In this document: in pieces, positions 63,477 through 64,000 of the stretch
How the letters are laid out: every line of letters starts with the position of its first letter
Numbering within the stretch: the stretch's first letter is position 1
Origin: Candidatus Coprosoma sp.
GTDB taxonomy: Bacteria; Bacillota_I; Bacilli_A; RF39; UBA660
Assembly: GCA_963928595.1 (NCBI GenBank)
Contig: CAWVFK010000025.1
Location: forward strand, 4,070-68,069
Direction of reading: 5' to 3'
Length of the DNA stretch: 64,000 bases
Translations under genes and position numbers: made by a program
The notes under the pieces: model-generated
Told to the model about the DNA's origin: nothing
The model's input: only the letters and a program-made list of their open reading frames with translations
The model's database searches: none

Positions 63477-63995
63477 TTAGGCATCTAGTATTTTAACATC
63501 TTTTTTAATCTTATCATAGAAATTAGCCATACTGACAAAGATATAGGGAATTAACCATAGATATAAAATTCCAATGGTAAACAAACCTAAGAAAATCCAA
63601 CCAAAGAAACTTAGACATAATAATAAATAATCTGTTTTGTGCCCGTCCATCATATCCATACTGTTTCTGAAAATATCACCAAGTGGCATATCTTCATTAT
63701 CATATAAAATGAAATAGCTTTGAGATAAACATAACATTAATATAATCCAGAATACAGCAATAGCAGCGCTTAATATTATACCAATAACAATCATAAATGA
63801 AGACAATGCAATATTTAAATCAGTTTGATAAGAAATAAAGACAATTAAAGAATTAACTGCTGTATATTCTAGTAAGGCACAAATGGTATTAATGGCCAAA
63901 AATACAATTGTTATTGCTGCACATCTAAAAAAGGTATCTGTTCTTTGAAACAATTCATTAAATGATGTTTTTTTATTACGAGCTATTTTGATCAT
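63477..63995 (-). CDS. DUF975-family membrane protein (start at or beyond the window edge)
   Basis: C-terminal half SYFILYDNEDMPLGDIFRNSMDMMDGHKTDYLLLCLSFFGWIFLG...LWLIPY is typical of DUF975. Only 5 nt lie upstream of the ATG, so the true start cannot be judged. Confidence 0.6.
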   Translation of the reverse strand: MIKIARNKKTSFNELFQRTDTFFRCAAITIVFLAINTICALLEYTAVNSLIVFISYQTDLNIALSSFMIVIGIILSAAIAVFWIILMLCLSQSYFILYDNEDMPLGDIFRNSMDMMDGHKTDYLLLCLSFFGWIFLGLFTIGILYLWLIPYIFVSMANFYDKIKKDVKILDA

Positions 63996-64000
63996 TATTT

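Noticed and set aside
1-64000. Search for rRNA, tRNA, CRISPR arrays, transposases/integrases, reverse transcriptases and prophage blocks
   Set aside because: I saw no tRNA-like cloverleaf candidates in the intergenic regions, no regularly spaced direct repeats, and no recombinase or RT-like ORFs. The scan was by eye only, so small or degenerate elements could have been missed.

Overview
AT-rich (roughly 30% GC) chromosomal segment of a spore-forming Firmicute. It is almost entirely core housekeeping, and most genes are on the minus strand. Recognisable genes include efp, rpmG, two PBPs, nfo, rpsT, pyk, mutM, serS behind a Ser T-box, polA, polC, rnr, prfA/prmC, rpoE, ftsEX, prfB with its +1 frameshift, nrdDG, rny, greA and a U32 peptidase pair. 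Sporulation genes are gpr-spoIIP-yqxA, gerQ, yabG-veg-spoVG-yabP-yabQ-divIC and yunB. An RNAP delta subunit plus Bacillus-type y-genes alongside sporulation genes suggests Erysipelotrichia or Bacilli rather than Clostridia (weak inference). I found no rRNA, tRNA, CRISPR array, transposase or integrase. The best hunt result is three paralogous intergenic modules (about 12.4, 32.7 and 60.6 kb). Each pairs a 25-30 codon hydrophobic ORF with a convergent, promoter-bearing, structured ~120-nt RNA. This is type I toxin-antitoxin architecture, the peptide family is not one I recognise, and one copy is frameshifted. Other notable points: nrdD is split by an in-frame TAG, so the glycyl-radical segment is a separate SD-led 55-codon ORF. 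There is a ~38-nt intergenic repeat in four copies. Tandem Spo0A-box-like sites sit at an orphan histidine kinase. A Ser T-box controls an HD hydrolase together with serS.
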